Assembly: GCA_905178155.1 (NCBI GenBank)
Contig: CAJINV010000002.1
Coordinates: 2,312,998-2,376,997, forward strand
Direction: 5' to 3'
Length of the DNA: 64,000 nt
DNA from: Amoebophrya sp. A120
Taxonomy: Eukaryota; Protista; Dinoflagellata
This document shows positions 49,101-60,800 of this stretch, in pieces. The notes beneath the pieces are model-generated. The model was not told where the DNA came from. It saw only the letters and a list, made by a program, of their open reading frames with translations, and ran no database searches. Within the stretch, counting starts at the first letter, position 1, and each line of letters opens with the position of its first letter. The translations under genes and the position numbers were made by a program.

Positions 49101-52100
49101 CAGCTCGCACGCGGCTTCTTCACATCCCAGGCCGGCGCAACCATGCTCCCGCTCATGAAATCCAGCCCTGCCGCTGTCAACGCCGCGTCATCCTCCATGT
49201 CCGTGAGCTCGTCTGCGCAATCCGGGGACTCCTCGGGCAATTTTGTGCCCAACGGCGCTTCCAACTTTGCTTCCTCGTACATGTTATGCAGTGCAAATAT
49301 GTCTGGGTCTGCCGGGTTGCAACTTGTCATGCTGACTCTGGACTGTGAAAAAATCTGTGTTGCATTGTTGCCAAAACTTGTCCACTTTTGACCAATTTGC
49401 GAGGAAGTTTCTCATGGGGGCTAGGCATGAGAAAGATCTCACAGAATCTGTCATGCTATGCGCTGCACGCCAGACCTCATGGGTCATGGAAAACCTGCAT
49501 GACAAGTTCCCCAATCTTCCAGACCAAGACATATTTGCATGGGATACATGTAGTGGCAAACGCGATACCGCAGACAATCCGACGCGTACCCCACCACCCC
49601 ACCGTTGTGCTCCGCACACCCGGGTATGCATTGTAAATAGGTCATCTGGGTCTGAAAGAATGCGAACCTGTGATGCGCATTTCACAACTACGCACTCAAA
49701 TTTTTAATGCATAGGCAGCAAAAGATGCCCATTTCCTACCACTAAAATGGGGCGGGATTTGTCATGCGGATTAAGTAGGCAATGCGAAAGATTCTCGAAA
49801 TCTGTGATGCTAGGGCTTCCATGACAGACCTTCTGCGTCATGCAAAAACAGCATGACTTCCAGACCCAGACATATTTGCATTGGATACCGGGTGCCGTGC
49901 CACAAGTACCCATGCAGTCGTACGTTCTGGCCAACTTCGCATCTTCAGAATGATCGGGCGAGTCCTTATCCAGTGCAAAAGCACCGTGCTCGTAGTAATT
50001 GCAGTCATGCAACACAGATCCACCCTTTCGTTCCTACGCTAAACCAGCATGACAGATTCCATTTGTTGTAAATGCTGACGCAAAAATTGTATTGCAATTA
50101 CTACTATTTACGCTGCTTTTGCAATCCATAGTCCTCGCCGCCGGACAAAACCAGTTGTGCTTCTCCCCAGCACTCGCCCGCGTACATCAAAATTTCGTAG
50201 CACTTGCTCTCGCACTTCGTGAATTCCGTCCGCTCGCACTTTCCGTCGGATTCATCGTAAAAAGAATTCGCCTCAAACCCCTCCTGACTCGTCGGCATCC
50301 CGAGCTGCGCCCCGTCAAACTGTACAATGTACTCCACACCTTCGTGGTAATCCCGGTGCGGGTCAATGTAGCCATTCATCGCGCTGCAAACGTTATTCCC
50401 CGCGAGAAGTTTCCTATGTAGCGCGTTGTGCTCGTAAAAACCGCAGGGTTTTATCCGGGTTAGGTCGCAGTTGTCCGACTTCCCCTCTTCAATATTACTG
50501 ATGGAACAGGGCGGCTTTCTTCTCAAACACGTGCCCGCCGGATCCCGTTTGCCGTCGTCATCCTTGCCGTCCGCATGCAGTTCCCCGATACTACGAAGCT
50601 CGTCGTACTTTTGCTTCACCATATCCGCGCTCGGCTCGGTACGATTCACACTGCGTGGCGTGGGAACTACGGACTTCTCCTCTGATGTGCCAGCACCGGC
50701 TGATGTGTTGTTACCCCCAGCTCCTTGTTCCTCGTCGGAAGCTCCTGCTAGTTCAGTGCCGTTGCCAGCACCGGAGAGGACATCAGCATCTTCTGTGCCA
50801 TTGGCACTCCCGTCTGTACCGTTTGTGGCGTTGTTCCCGCCATCAGGTGTGGCAGCCGCGTCTCCTTCTTCAACACCATCTGCGGCACCAGCGGCGGTGT
50901 CGGTGCCTGCTTCTGCGTCGGTGCCCCCTTCCGCATCGGTGCCTCCTTCCGTATCGGCGCCTCCTTCCGCATCGGTGCCTCCTTCCGCGTCGGCGCCTCC
51001 TGCTGCGTCGGCGACTGCTTCTTCGCCGTCGGCGCCTGCTTCCGCCTCGGCGCCTGCTTCCGCCCCGGCGCCTGCTTCCGCCTCGGCGCCTGCTTCCGCC
51101 TCGGCGCCTGCTTCTGCGTCGGTGCCTGCTTCTGCGTCGGTGCCTGCTTCCCCCTCGGCGCCTGCTTCTGCGTTGGTGCCTGCTTCCGCATCGGCGCCTC
51201 CTTCCGCATCGGCGCCTGCTTCTGCGTCGGTGCCTGCTGCGTCTTCTACTTCTTCCGTCGCTTTTTCAACGTCTTTTCCTACCTCAAACGCCAGCTCCTC
51301 GCTATTCTTTATCTTTTCCCCAACTTGAAATCCTAACTTCTCCGTCTTCTCCTCGCCACTTGACACTGCAAAATTCGCTTTGCCGACAACCGGTTGGATT
51401 TTGATGTGACTTTTTCTGACGTCCGGCACTATTTTCACGGTCGCCCCCGGATCGTTCATTTGGTTCTTCGGGTAGATTTGAAACTCCCGTCGGTCGGTCG
51501 GTGCGTTCTTCGGCCGGGAGACCCATCCAGATGATGAATCCGTATGCTTTTTTAAGTTCGGGTCGTGAACCTTCACTTTTGAACTTTTCCTATTCGGCTT
51601 TACTCTAATCCCGTTGTTCTTCTGATCCGGAGAGATGTTGAAGATTTTATTCTCCTCCGCAGCGCGGATCTTCACCTTGCTGTTTCTTTCCCTCGGAGCG
51701 ACGGTGAATTCGAAATTTTGTTGTTGTTTTGGCCTGTCCGAGTCTGGTTCCGGGTCTGGTTCGGCTTCATCTTTCCGACGGGCGGCCATGATTTGCACTG
51801 GGATGTTGTCGTCGTCGTCGTCCGCGAGAAAAGAGGAGGCGGAGGACTCGGTTGTTGTTTTACTCCTATGTTCCCGAAGATGAGAACTCGTAGTTCTTCG
51901 TGTGCTGGTGGCCAATCGTCGCGCAGCTGCGGCGGTGCTGTCCAACCGCTCTGCAGTAGTCAACTTTGGATGATCTTCAAGTTCAACGTAGGCGCTCAGG
52001 AAGAAATAGAAGTAGGAAAACGTCGTGCAAACGTGGCGGACAATGTTCTTCGTTTGTGAGGATCGTAGCCGTAGCAGTCGAGCACGACGGAGGAGTGATG

Positions 52101-52164
52101 GTGGCATCTTCGACCTGACGCAGATCAAATAGCTTCCCTTTCCCTTGTAGTTAGAGGAGACCAC
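46137..52164 (-). CDS. Large putatively secreted acidic glycoprotein with a central Cys-rich domain, 7 exons
   Basis: Hydrophobic N-terminal segment (FSYFYFFLSAY), AEAG/TDAE repeats, many NxT/S sequons and a Cys-rich region at about 48920-50540. Frame restored across the introner junctions I checked. Start codon 52164 or 52107. Confidence 0.72.
46439..46706. mobile_element. Introner family A
   Basis: Family-A TIR; flanks CCCGT/CCCAT. Confidence 0.9.
46757..47008. mobile_element. Introner family A (reverse orientation of the 26425/62907 subfamily)
   Basis: Family-A TIR; TSD ACTTG. Confidence 0.92.
48666..48921. mobile_element. Introner family G
   Basis: TATGACCCGCTCAAACGTTACAATCTCAAACGTTAC...GTAACGTTTGAGATTGTAACACCTGAGCGGGTTATA; flanks CCGGG/CCGGA. 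Confidence 0.88.
49285..49546. mobile_element. Introner family A
   Basis: Family-A TIR; TSD CATGT. Confidence 0.9.
49625..49887. mobile_element. Introner family A
   Basis: Family-A TIR; TSD CCGGG. Confidence 0.88.
49967..50130. mobile_element. Introner family B (diverged)
   Basis: TATCCAGTGCAAAAGCA...TGCTTTTGCAATCCATA; TSD GTCCT. Confidence 0.85.
50895..51245 (-). repeat. 18-bp coding tandem repeat ((A/T)(D/E)AE(A/G)G)
   Basis: Repeated TCGG(T/C)GCCTGCTTC(T/C)GC units. Confidence 0.85.
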
Positions 52165-52499
52165 CTTGGCCAGTCGTGCGCTCTATCTTGCGCGGGAAAT
52201 CATGGCAGAAAAGAATAGAAAAGCAATGGCGTGTCTGTATACACGAAAGAAATGACAAGCATCGAAAGGCGGCGACGGCCCGCACATGCTTGCCCCTTGC
52301 TCTCATCCACAGTAAACACTATCTCTCGACGAAGCTGGCACCAGGTGTGTATCCAAGAAGCGCTCTCCATGGAAAGGACAGCTACTCACTGCAGACGGAC
52401 ACACGGCATCAGGCTTTGACTTTGAGCCCAACCTTAGGGTTGGAAGCACAACATTTTTGCTTTGTCTGCATAAAGGACAGAGAGAAATGAAACTCAGAG

Positions 52500-54400
52500 G
52501 TGAGGCCGGCCGCTACTTGGCTAGGCAAATGGCCATGGCGCCAAGTGCGGCGCGCGGAGTGCGTCTGCGGGCCCAGTGCCGCGGCGCCGAAAATAAATCA
52601 ATGCTCAGGCAGGCCCGGCCGGCCGGCCGGCGCACTACGGCCGGCCCGGGGCCGTGAAACAGGCCGCGCCCGGGCCTGCCACACATACGGGCGCGAAAGC
52701 CTTGCGGGGCCCGCCCGCCGCGCGGGCCGACGCGCCAGCCGGGCGGCGGGGATGCATGGGGCGGGCGGCCCGGCGGGAGAAGGGGCGCGCGCGGCGTCGC
52801 AATGTCTGGCAGACACGCACAAAGCAAGCAGGCAGAGCGCTCGCCGGCCCGGGCGGGCGCTTGGATCCATGCGAGCGGGGCGCTTTGGCCGGCGACGGTG
52901 TTCCTTCGGCGGCCGTCATTTCGGGTCGAGTCTTTCACCGGCAAAAGCACGCCGATGAGCCGGCTCGGCGAGGCGCGCGGCCCCGAATATGCCCCGGGCC
53001 CCCCCGCCCGTTTGGGTGGGATCGCCGGCAACCTCGCCGGCACAGCCATCCTGCCCCGACCGGCGAAGCAAGAGCAGGCCAAGGCCTGCGCGACGGACGC
53101 CGACAAGCGAAGGCCCGCCCACGCGATCTTTCCGCCGCCATCTTTTTTCGCAAACTACACAGGGCGAACGCGCGAAAAAGCGCCAGCGCGTTCATTTTCT
53201 TTGCACACACTCAAGCTGCCCCAGAAAGATTGACATTGCAAAAAAGCCGCTCTCTTCTGCCTCTCTTTCCAGAAATGGCATCACGTAGAGACTGTGCAGG
53301 AGAATGACATGGCCGCACGGCGTTTCTGCGCCCTCATTCTCACTCAAAACTAGCTCTCGACACTGCAACACATGACCACCTCAGCTCCTTTGTACGTATC
53401 ATGAGAAGGAAAAAACTGCAGACAGACGACCACACACAATTCAGATCCTCCTCGGGAACGCAACCTCTGTTGCTTAGCCGGTTGGGATGCACTTTTGAAT
53501 GAGCCACAGCAGCCACACAGATTGACAGCACGGCCGCTAACTTCATAAGTAGTTCCGGCGGCGGTGGCGGTGGCTGCGCGCCGAGTGTGCGGGAGGGCCG
53601 CCCGCTGCGCCGCCGAAGGTGCTCCCGCTTGTTGGGAGGGCCCACACATCCATGAATGGGGGCCCGGCGCAAACCTAACCGGCTAGGGCCCACTGGCCAC
53701 CAGGGCGACAGCCGTGCCGGCCTTACGACAGGCAAACCCCGCGGATACATGCAGAGGGCGCGCGGCGGCGGCGCCGCGGCCCGGGGGACACGCGCACGCG
53801 ACTAGGCCGGGGCGCCCAGGGAAGAAAGCCAGCGGCAACCGAGGGGCGGGCGGGGCAAGCGGGGCTTCCTCTTTCGGCTAATTTCGACTTTAGCGCCAGC
53901 TTTCGCGGCCGCGCCCGGTGTAATGTCCGTATCCGGCGCCGTGCTTCCGGAGGCGGTGACACTGCCACCAGGCTCGCTGTGGGCTGCCTGCAACCTCCAG
54001 GGGCGTGGCGCAGTCGCGCAAGCTTGCGGCTCCTGTCCTGCGGAGACGGACAGAAGAGAGCAGCGCGAGGGCAGAGACCAAGGCGGCAGCCCCGGTCGAC
54101 GCTGTGCAGAGCCACCCCCGCCACAGTCTTCGTCTGCCTTGTTCGCGTCGGTCGGCGTTATTGAATACTAGCCAGACACTTGCAGTTTCCCTGCTTCACA
54201 CACTAGATCGACGCAAATCTATGTCGGTCAACCTCAAGCCCTTACTTGCGCTTGTCCCTCGTCCGTCTCAGTACACTTTACACTTTGCCCCGTCTCTGTC
54301 CCGTCTACTCTCTCTGCTCTCTACGGCAAAAATGCCTGCAGATTACGGGACCGGCACCGGCTACTATGGAAGTAGCAAGCTGCGATCACTTGGCCAGCGG
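52500..54400. repeat. GC-rich island with normal-composition core and shared right-hand repeat
   Basis: GC arms at about 52500-53130 and 53560-54160; right flank similar to 45500-45820. Confidence 0.6.
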
Positions 54401-54847
54401 TTGCTTATTTCGCACACCTGGCTAGCGTGCTGCTGATTTATCCTCATGAAAGTAGACGTTCATGTTCATTTATTGAAAAAAACTGAAACGCAATGTGACG
54501 CAGTTACCATTCCGAACCATCTCACAATACAAAGCAACTGCTCCGCTCTGCGTAGCGTAGCTGTGCTCATGTGTGGCTTTTTCGTGGTGTCGCATGACAA
54601 ACATATAAAATTTGATCCTGTATTCTCGGCTATTGAAATCCTACATGAAAATTGTATACGATTCGAACTTGGTGTGACTACAAGCATTCTTCTTGAAAAT
54701 CTAAATGATTGCGAGTTGTAAAATAAGTGTATCTATTCCTATTGAGACCCCTTAACCCCTCTATTGAAAAAAGTGTACAAAAACCCCTCCTTCTCTCCTC
54801 CTCTTTCTCCGTCCCACCACCCTACCTCCACCGGCCCAGTAGCTACT

Positions 54848-57800
54848 CTACAGCCCCGTCTCCACCTGAAAAGTGAGCACCTCCGTCTTGTTTTCCCCCA
54901 TGTAAAACGAGAATTTCTGCGCCATGTCCTTCGGGTTTCTTGCTAAGGAAAACGGTTTCAAAGCCGGTCGCTTCGGGTCGAAGTTCTTGATGTAGTACCA
55001 TATGAACTGCAAAAGTATCGCACTAGTATAAACCAGCCATGCTCCGGCTGCCGCCGGAGCGCAAGGCTGTTGGGCCGGGGCAAGACTGTTTACCGATCGG
55101 ACCACAACCCCGCGGGCCTATGCACAACGAAACATATTGCGCCGCGCCAGCCCGCAGGACCACTTGCGCGCTTCCCGCGCCTGTGGGCGCTCTGCGCAGG
55201 GAGCAGCTGCAAAGAACACCGGGGGCGAACAGAAGCCGCCCGGCGGGAGAGGGTAGCGCGAGAGGGTGGCGCGAGAGGGTGCGCGAGAGGGTGGCGCGAG
55301 AGGGTGGCGCGAGAGGGTGCGCGAGAGGGTGGCGCGAGAGGGTGGCGCGAGAGGGTGCGCGAGAGGGTGGCGCGGCAAGGCGCCGAACAAAACAGCTCCG
55401 CGAATGGCCTGCAGTGCCAAATATGGGTAGTGCCATGCGGATTCGCGCCCGCTTCTTTGTGTTTTACCCTCTCGCAGACCTCTCGCAGAGCCTCTCTTTG
55501 ACCTCTTTTGGGGGTCCCCGCTAATAATCCGGCTATACTCGCAGGTAGAGGTCGACAGAGGTGGCCGAGAGGTGGCCAAGAGGGTCCGCGAGAGGTCGCC
55601 CCTTATTCGCGCCACCTCTCGCCACCTCTGTCGACCTCTCGCGCCCCCTCTTTTTGACCTCTCTGCGCCCTCTGTGCCACTTAGGCGGCGCCTAAGGGTG
55701 GGCCCTTACTGCGGGCCTTATTCGCGCACCCTCTCGCGGACCCTCTCGAACGGGGTTCCGCGCCACCTCTCCACCTCTGTCGACCTCATTTCTACCTCTG
55801 TCGACCTCTTTTTTACCTCTCGGCCACCTCTCTGGGACCCTCTGTCTACCTCTTTTTTCGCATTAATATAATGTATAAGTAATCGCATGACAAATTAGCT
55901 CAGCATGACAAATGGGATTTGTCATGCTGTTTTACCTTGGGATGAAGATTTGTAATGCATGACTGCGATTACTACGAGTGCGATACTTTTGCACAGGATA
56001 TACCAGTTAAAAGCGCAAAACTCAGGCTGCGGGTCCACCTGGTCGCACCGTTTTTTCCTTTTGCACTCGTACGCCAGCGACTTGTCCCGGTTGATGAAGA
56101 CCCCCCGGCAAAATTTGTTTTGCGTAGTGTCCCACGGGTTGATAAGTTTCGGGGCATCCGCGTCAGACAGTGCTAGTTCTCTGGTTTGATGTTTCTTGGA
56201 AAGCAGTGTGGCGGGCGCAGCTTCTTCTGTAATTCCTCCATCTTCCGTGGAGCTTCCAGTCGTCGTTTCTGTTTTGCTCGAAGCAGAGCCTCCTCCCCTC
56301 CCCCGTAAAAAACACTTTTGCAATGTCCCGATTACATCTTGACTCTGCCGGATCGCCAAACCCCCCGAATCGCCACTATCATCCTCACAGAAATATTCGT
56401 TTTGCACGGCTTCTAAATCCGCGAACAAATCGTCGATCAACTGCCCCTTCCAGGATTCCACCTTGGCGATGAACTTGTCTTGCTGTTTCGGCGTAGCTAA
56501 ATGTTCTTTCTCCACAATCTCCTCCCCCTCTTTTTCCACTTCCTTCTCCGCCGGACCGCGGTTCAATAGCTCCTGGTACGCGAGTTCCAACTTCTCCTGG
56601 TAAGACAAAGTCGAAGTGGTGGTCGTGGTAGTTGTCGTGGTTGTTGTGTTCATCTGTAGTTCCGCGTCCAGCATTTCCGACGGGTCTTTGATCTCCCTGG
56701 GCGTGGTATCGCAAGAAAAAACTGCTTCACTGTAAACTTGTAAAAATGCAGAAAATGCATCGCAGCAGTGTTTGTGTTGCTACACATGTTGCAAGACAAG
56801 TGATTTTTAGCCGTGTTTTCCCTTGGCATCCTCGCATGGCAAGTTTTCTTCGTCACGTGTAACGAACTTGTGATGCAAAACTTGCAAAATCATCACAGTG
56901 AAACACTGTTTTCGTACGATACGTGGCCAAGGACTCCGTTCCTTCCTCCGTTGTTTTCCGTACCAAAAACCACTTCTGCTTGCAGTCCGGCTGCTGCGCC
57001 CCGTATTCTAATTCGTACATCGCGCACTTCTTTATCCCTGGGGAGACAACCTCATCCAGTCCGTTTCCGCACTTGTAGCCGAGGGTCTTTTCTGGATTGA
57101 CGAAAACCCCGCTGCAACCACTCTCGTCCAATAGACATTCGTGCATGAGAGCGCGAATGTTGGTAAAGAGGCTGGGGGCTGTACTGCCGAAGACAAAAGG
57201 CTTTTCGCAGTAGTATTCGCCCGTACTCGCGCCGGTGATGTTCAGTAAAGTTTCCACGTTGGCGAAGGAGGGAAGCTTGGAGGTTAAGTTGTTTGCCGTC
57301 ACTGTGACGTTGATTTGCTGCTGGGGAGAAATACTGGGAGAACTGTCAGGATCGGAGTCAGCTTCTGATGCTTCATCTGGAGACGCTTTATTTTCTGCCG
57401 GTTCTGTTCCAGCTTCCGCCGGTTCCTCTCCCGCCGCAGCGGGCGGGTCTTGCTTGCTCTTCTGGAGTTGCAGAAGTTTCGTGTTTGCTAATGTTCTACT
57501 TGATTTTCGTGTAGTTCTCTTTTTCCTTTCTAACTTTATCGCCTCTTCCCTATCTGCCTGCAGCAAGCTCAGCAATTCCTTTCTCCTTTTTTCCAAAGTG
57601 GCCACTTGGAACCGCAATGTCTCGGTTTTGTTTTGTTGGGCTGCTCCTCCTTGGGCGTCTGTAGGTGACTGTTGATCTGTTTTAATATTTCCTGAAGTTT
57701 CGTCATTTTTCGAAGCTGCAATCGCGGCTTTCTCCGCCTTTTCCCTCCTCTCCGCAGCGGCCTTTCTTGCGCTCTTCACAATGTCGTTCACCGCATCACG

Positions 57801-60800
57801 AAAACTGGCCCAGGCTTGCGACTTTTGCAACTCCTTTTCACTTTTTTTATTTGTCGCGAACCCCTTCGCGTCCGGGTCCGAGCCAGAGCCACTATCACCG
57901 TCCCCCATAGAACTCATCTGCTCCAACTGCCCCGCTAAATCCGGGTTATCGAGCATGATCCCCGGGAGAAGAGTATTCCAAAACTGGTACTGCGCGTTGT
58001 GCGGCTCGAGCTTCGTGCCCGTTTCGGTGTCCAGGAGCACTTGCAGGTTGTTTTCGTCGTAGTCCATGGTTAGAATGGTCGCTTGTTTACTATCTTTGAA
58101 AGTTATAGGAGGACCACCTGGGTCGTCGGACACCATCGTGAGGATTTTCGGGACTAAGAATTCGAAACCGCGGAATTGTTCGTTGAGATCCAGAGCCGTA
58201 GAGGTAGAAATTTTATCTCCGATATTTTGTCCTGGCTGTATCCTCTGCACCGCCGCCCGGAGAATGACCGTCAAGATGCTGCGCAACCGCGAGACGTGCA
58301 ACACGATCTCGGTCGGGGGTTTATTTCCAGTAGTTGGTTCCGCGGTACTTCTTTGCCGATCAGTTTTTCTCGCGGCGAGTAAAGCAGTTGTTATCGGGTC
58401 GTCGGTACTCGAAGCCGATACGTCGCTTATCTCATCTCCTGCATCCTGCTCACCGGATATCGCTGTAGTTTCTGAATCTGAACCACTAGCACTCCTCGTC
58501 GCATTACTGACCGCCGCGGTTGAAGATGACGATGAGCTTTCGTTTCTTCCCATAAACCCGTGCTTTTTCAGATAGTCCTCCATTTTCGTGTAAAAAGGTT
58601 GGTACAGCTCCATCATTTTACTCCCAATGTTCCGCTCTCCCGCGACAATCATTTGGTGCCGGTGCCGGTACACATGCACGTTGATCACCCGGTGATCTGG
58701 GATCGCCGTCGCTTTCACGGCGGAAAGAACCGAGTTTCGCAGGTGCTCGTTGACGCACGTGTTGAACTGTTCCAGCTGAATCGCTTGCGTGAAAAGGGCT
58801 AGTTGCTGCGTAGAAGAAGATTCTGCTTTACTACTACCAGGAGCAGGCGGGAGATCACGACTGTTTTCTTCTACATCACCCCCTTCCAGGCTGTCCACAT
58901 CATGATCCTCTTCTTCATCAAACCCCGTTATCCGGTAGCAAATGTCCACATCCAAATCCCGCCCAAAGCCGTCGTTCCCCAGCCCCACCCGCGCGAACGC
59001 CGACTCGATGGCCTGCGCGGTGAGTTGTGTGGCCGGAGCGGAGTTCGCGGTGGCACTCCCGTCGATTTTTCGGCTGTACCCGAATAAGGGGTTCGGGTAC
59101 ATAGAATCCGGCGTGGGAATCAAGCCTGTCAAAGCGTTGCTGCCGCTGAACGTACCGCTTCCGGGAGCGGTTAGTGTACTGGGGAACACCTGACTCGGGT
59201 ACCAGTCGGTACCAACCGAAGTTAGTCGCGCTGGCAACCCTTGCACACCGGCGATACTGGGGGGTAAATCCGCGCGAATGGAATCATATGCACTGCAAAA
59301 GTATCGTACTAGTAGTAAGCGCAATACAAATTAACTCAGCATGACAAATGGAATTTGTCATGCTGTTTTGCCTTGTGATGGAGATTTGTAGTGCATGACT
59401 GCGATTACTACGAGTACGATACTTTTGCACAGGATAAGTCCCCGTCGGAGCTGCTGTACGCTTCTTCGGAAAAGGGGCCCGGGAGTTCGTCGAGATCGGC
59501 TTTGGAGGTGGAAACTGGGGAGAGAAGACCGTCGGTGAAATCGAAATCGGATTTTGAAGCGGTGGAGGATGAGCTAGAGCTTCTGCCTAAGCCTATCTCA
59601 CTCCCAAATTGCGTTTGCATCTGCATCTGCAGAAATTGCAAGTACTCCGCGGGTGGTGGCTGGCCTGCAGCTGTCCCTGTTGCACCCACATCACTAGTAT
59701 CTCCAGATGCGCCGGCCGACACCGACGCGTCATTTGGTGCTCCTGCACTGCCATCACCATCGCCACTGTTTGTTTTCTCCAGCGTCTCGCTTGCCACCAC
59801 CGGCTCTTTGTCACCGTTGTCATTTTTGGACATCTCCACCCCACAAACCGCCTGACCAATGCGGATTCTAGGACCGCCGGGGTTGTTGAGGGTGCTACTA
59901 CTTTTCGTGCTGCCTCTTGATGTGCTCCCACGAAACTCCTGTTGCCTCGCATCAAACATCTGCATCAAAGCTGCTGGCGCGCCAGCAGCTGGATCTTGTT
60001 GATTTGTTTCCGGGAACCCAAAACTCGTTTTCAAAACCGGTTTTGCCGGCTCCAGCTGCAACTATTGAGAGGAAAAATCCTCCCTCCCCATATCGAAAGT
60101 GTATGTTTCCGAAAATTTGTCTTGCTGATTTGAGACCACAAATCACGTCTGTCTTGCAAGAAGACAACTCTACAGGCTCTGCCGCATTATGCAGGCGGTT
60201 TGTGATGTTGTTGGGCCTACAGCATAGACGTTTCTCTTGCTAAGCGCCTAGGCCGAAACCTCTCTACTCAGGCTTCGCAGGAGCTTGTAGTCCTCTACTG
60301 CAAGACAAGCCTGATTTGTATACGCAAATCCAGCATCAGAAACTTCCGTTTGATATGGGGAGGGGGGATTTTTCCTTGTGATAGCAACCCTAACTTCTTC
60401 GACGGAGGTTTTTTACTTGCTGATCCGTTTTCGTTGTCCCCATTCCCCTTCTCCTGTTGCTCTTGGTAGTGCTGTGACAGAAACTTCTGCATCTCTTCCT
60501 GCTTTATTGCCCGATCGAAGTTCTTCTCCATAATGGATCGGTGATTCACGTATGCATTGCAAATATGTCAGTCTGGGTCTGGAAGAGAGCGCTTGTTTGG
60601 CATGCATGTTTTGCATGACCCATGATGTCTGTGATGCATGCCCTAGCATCACAGATGTTTTGAGGGCTTCCTCATCCCTAATCCGCATGACAAATGCCCT
60701 CGTCTACTCCGCGTAGCAAGAACAGGACTTCGCTTGCTGCTCATGCAATACAGTTGTTCTTTGGAATCGAAACGCAGCATCACAAGTTGTATCCTTCCAG

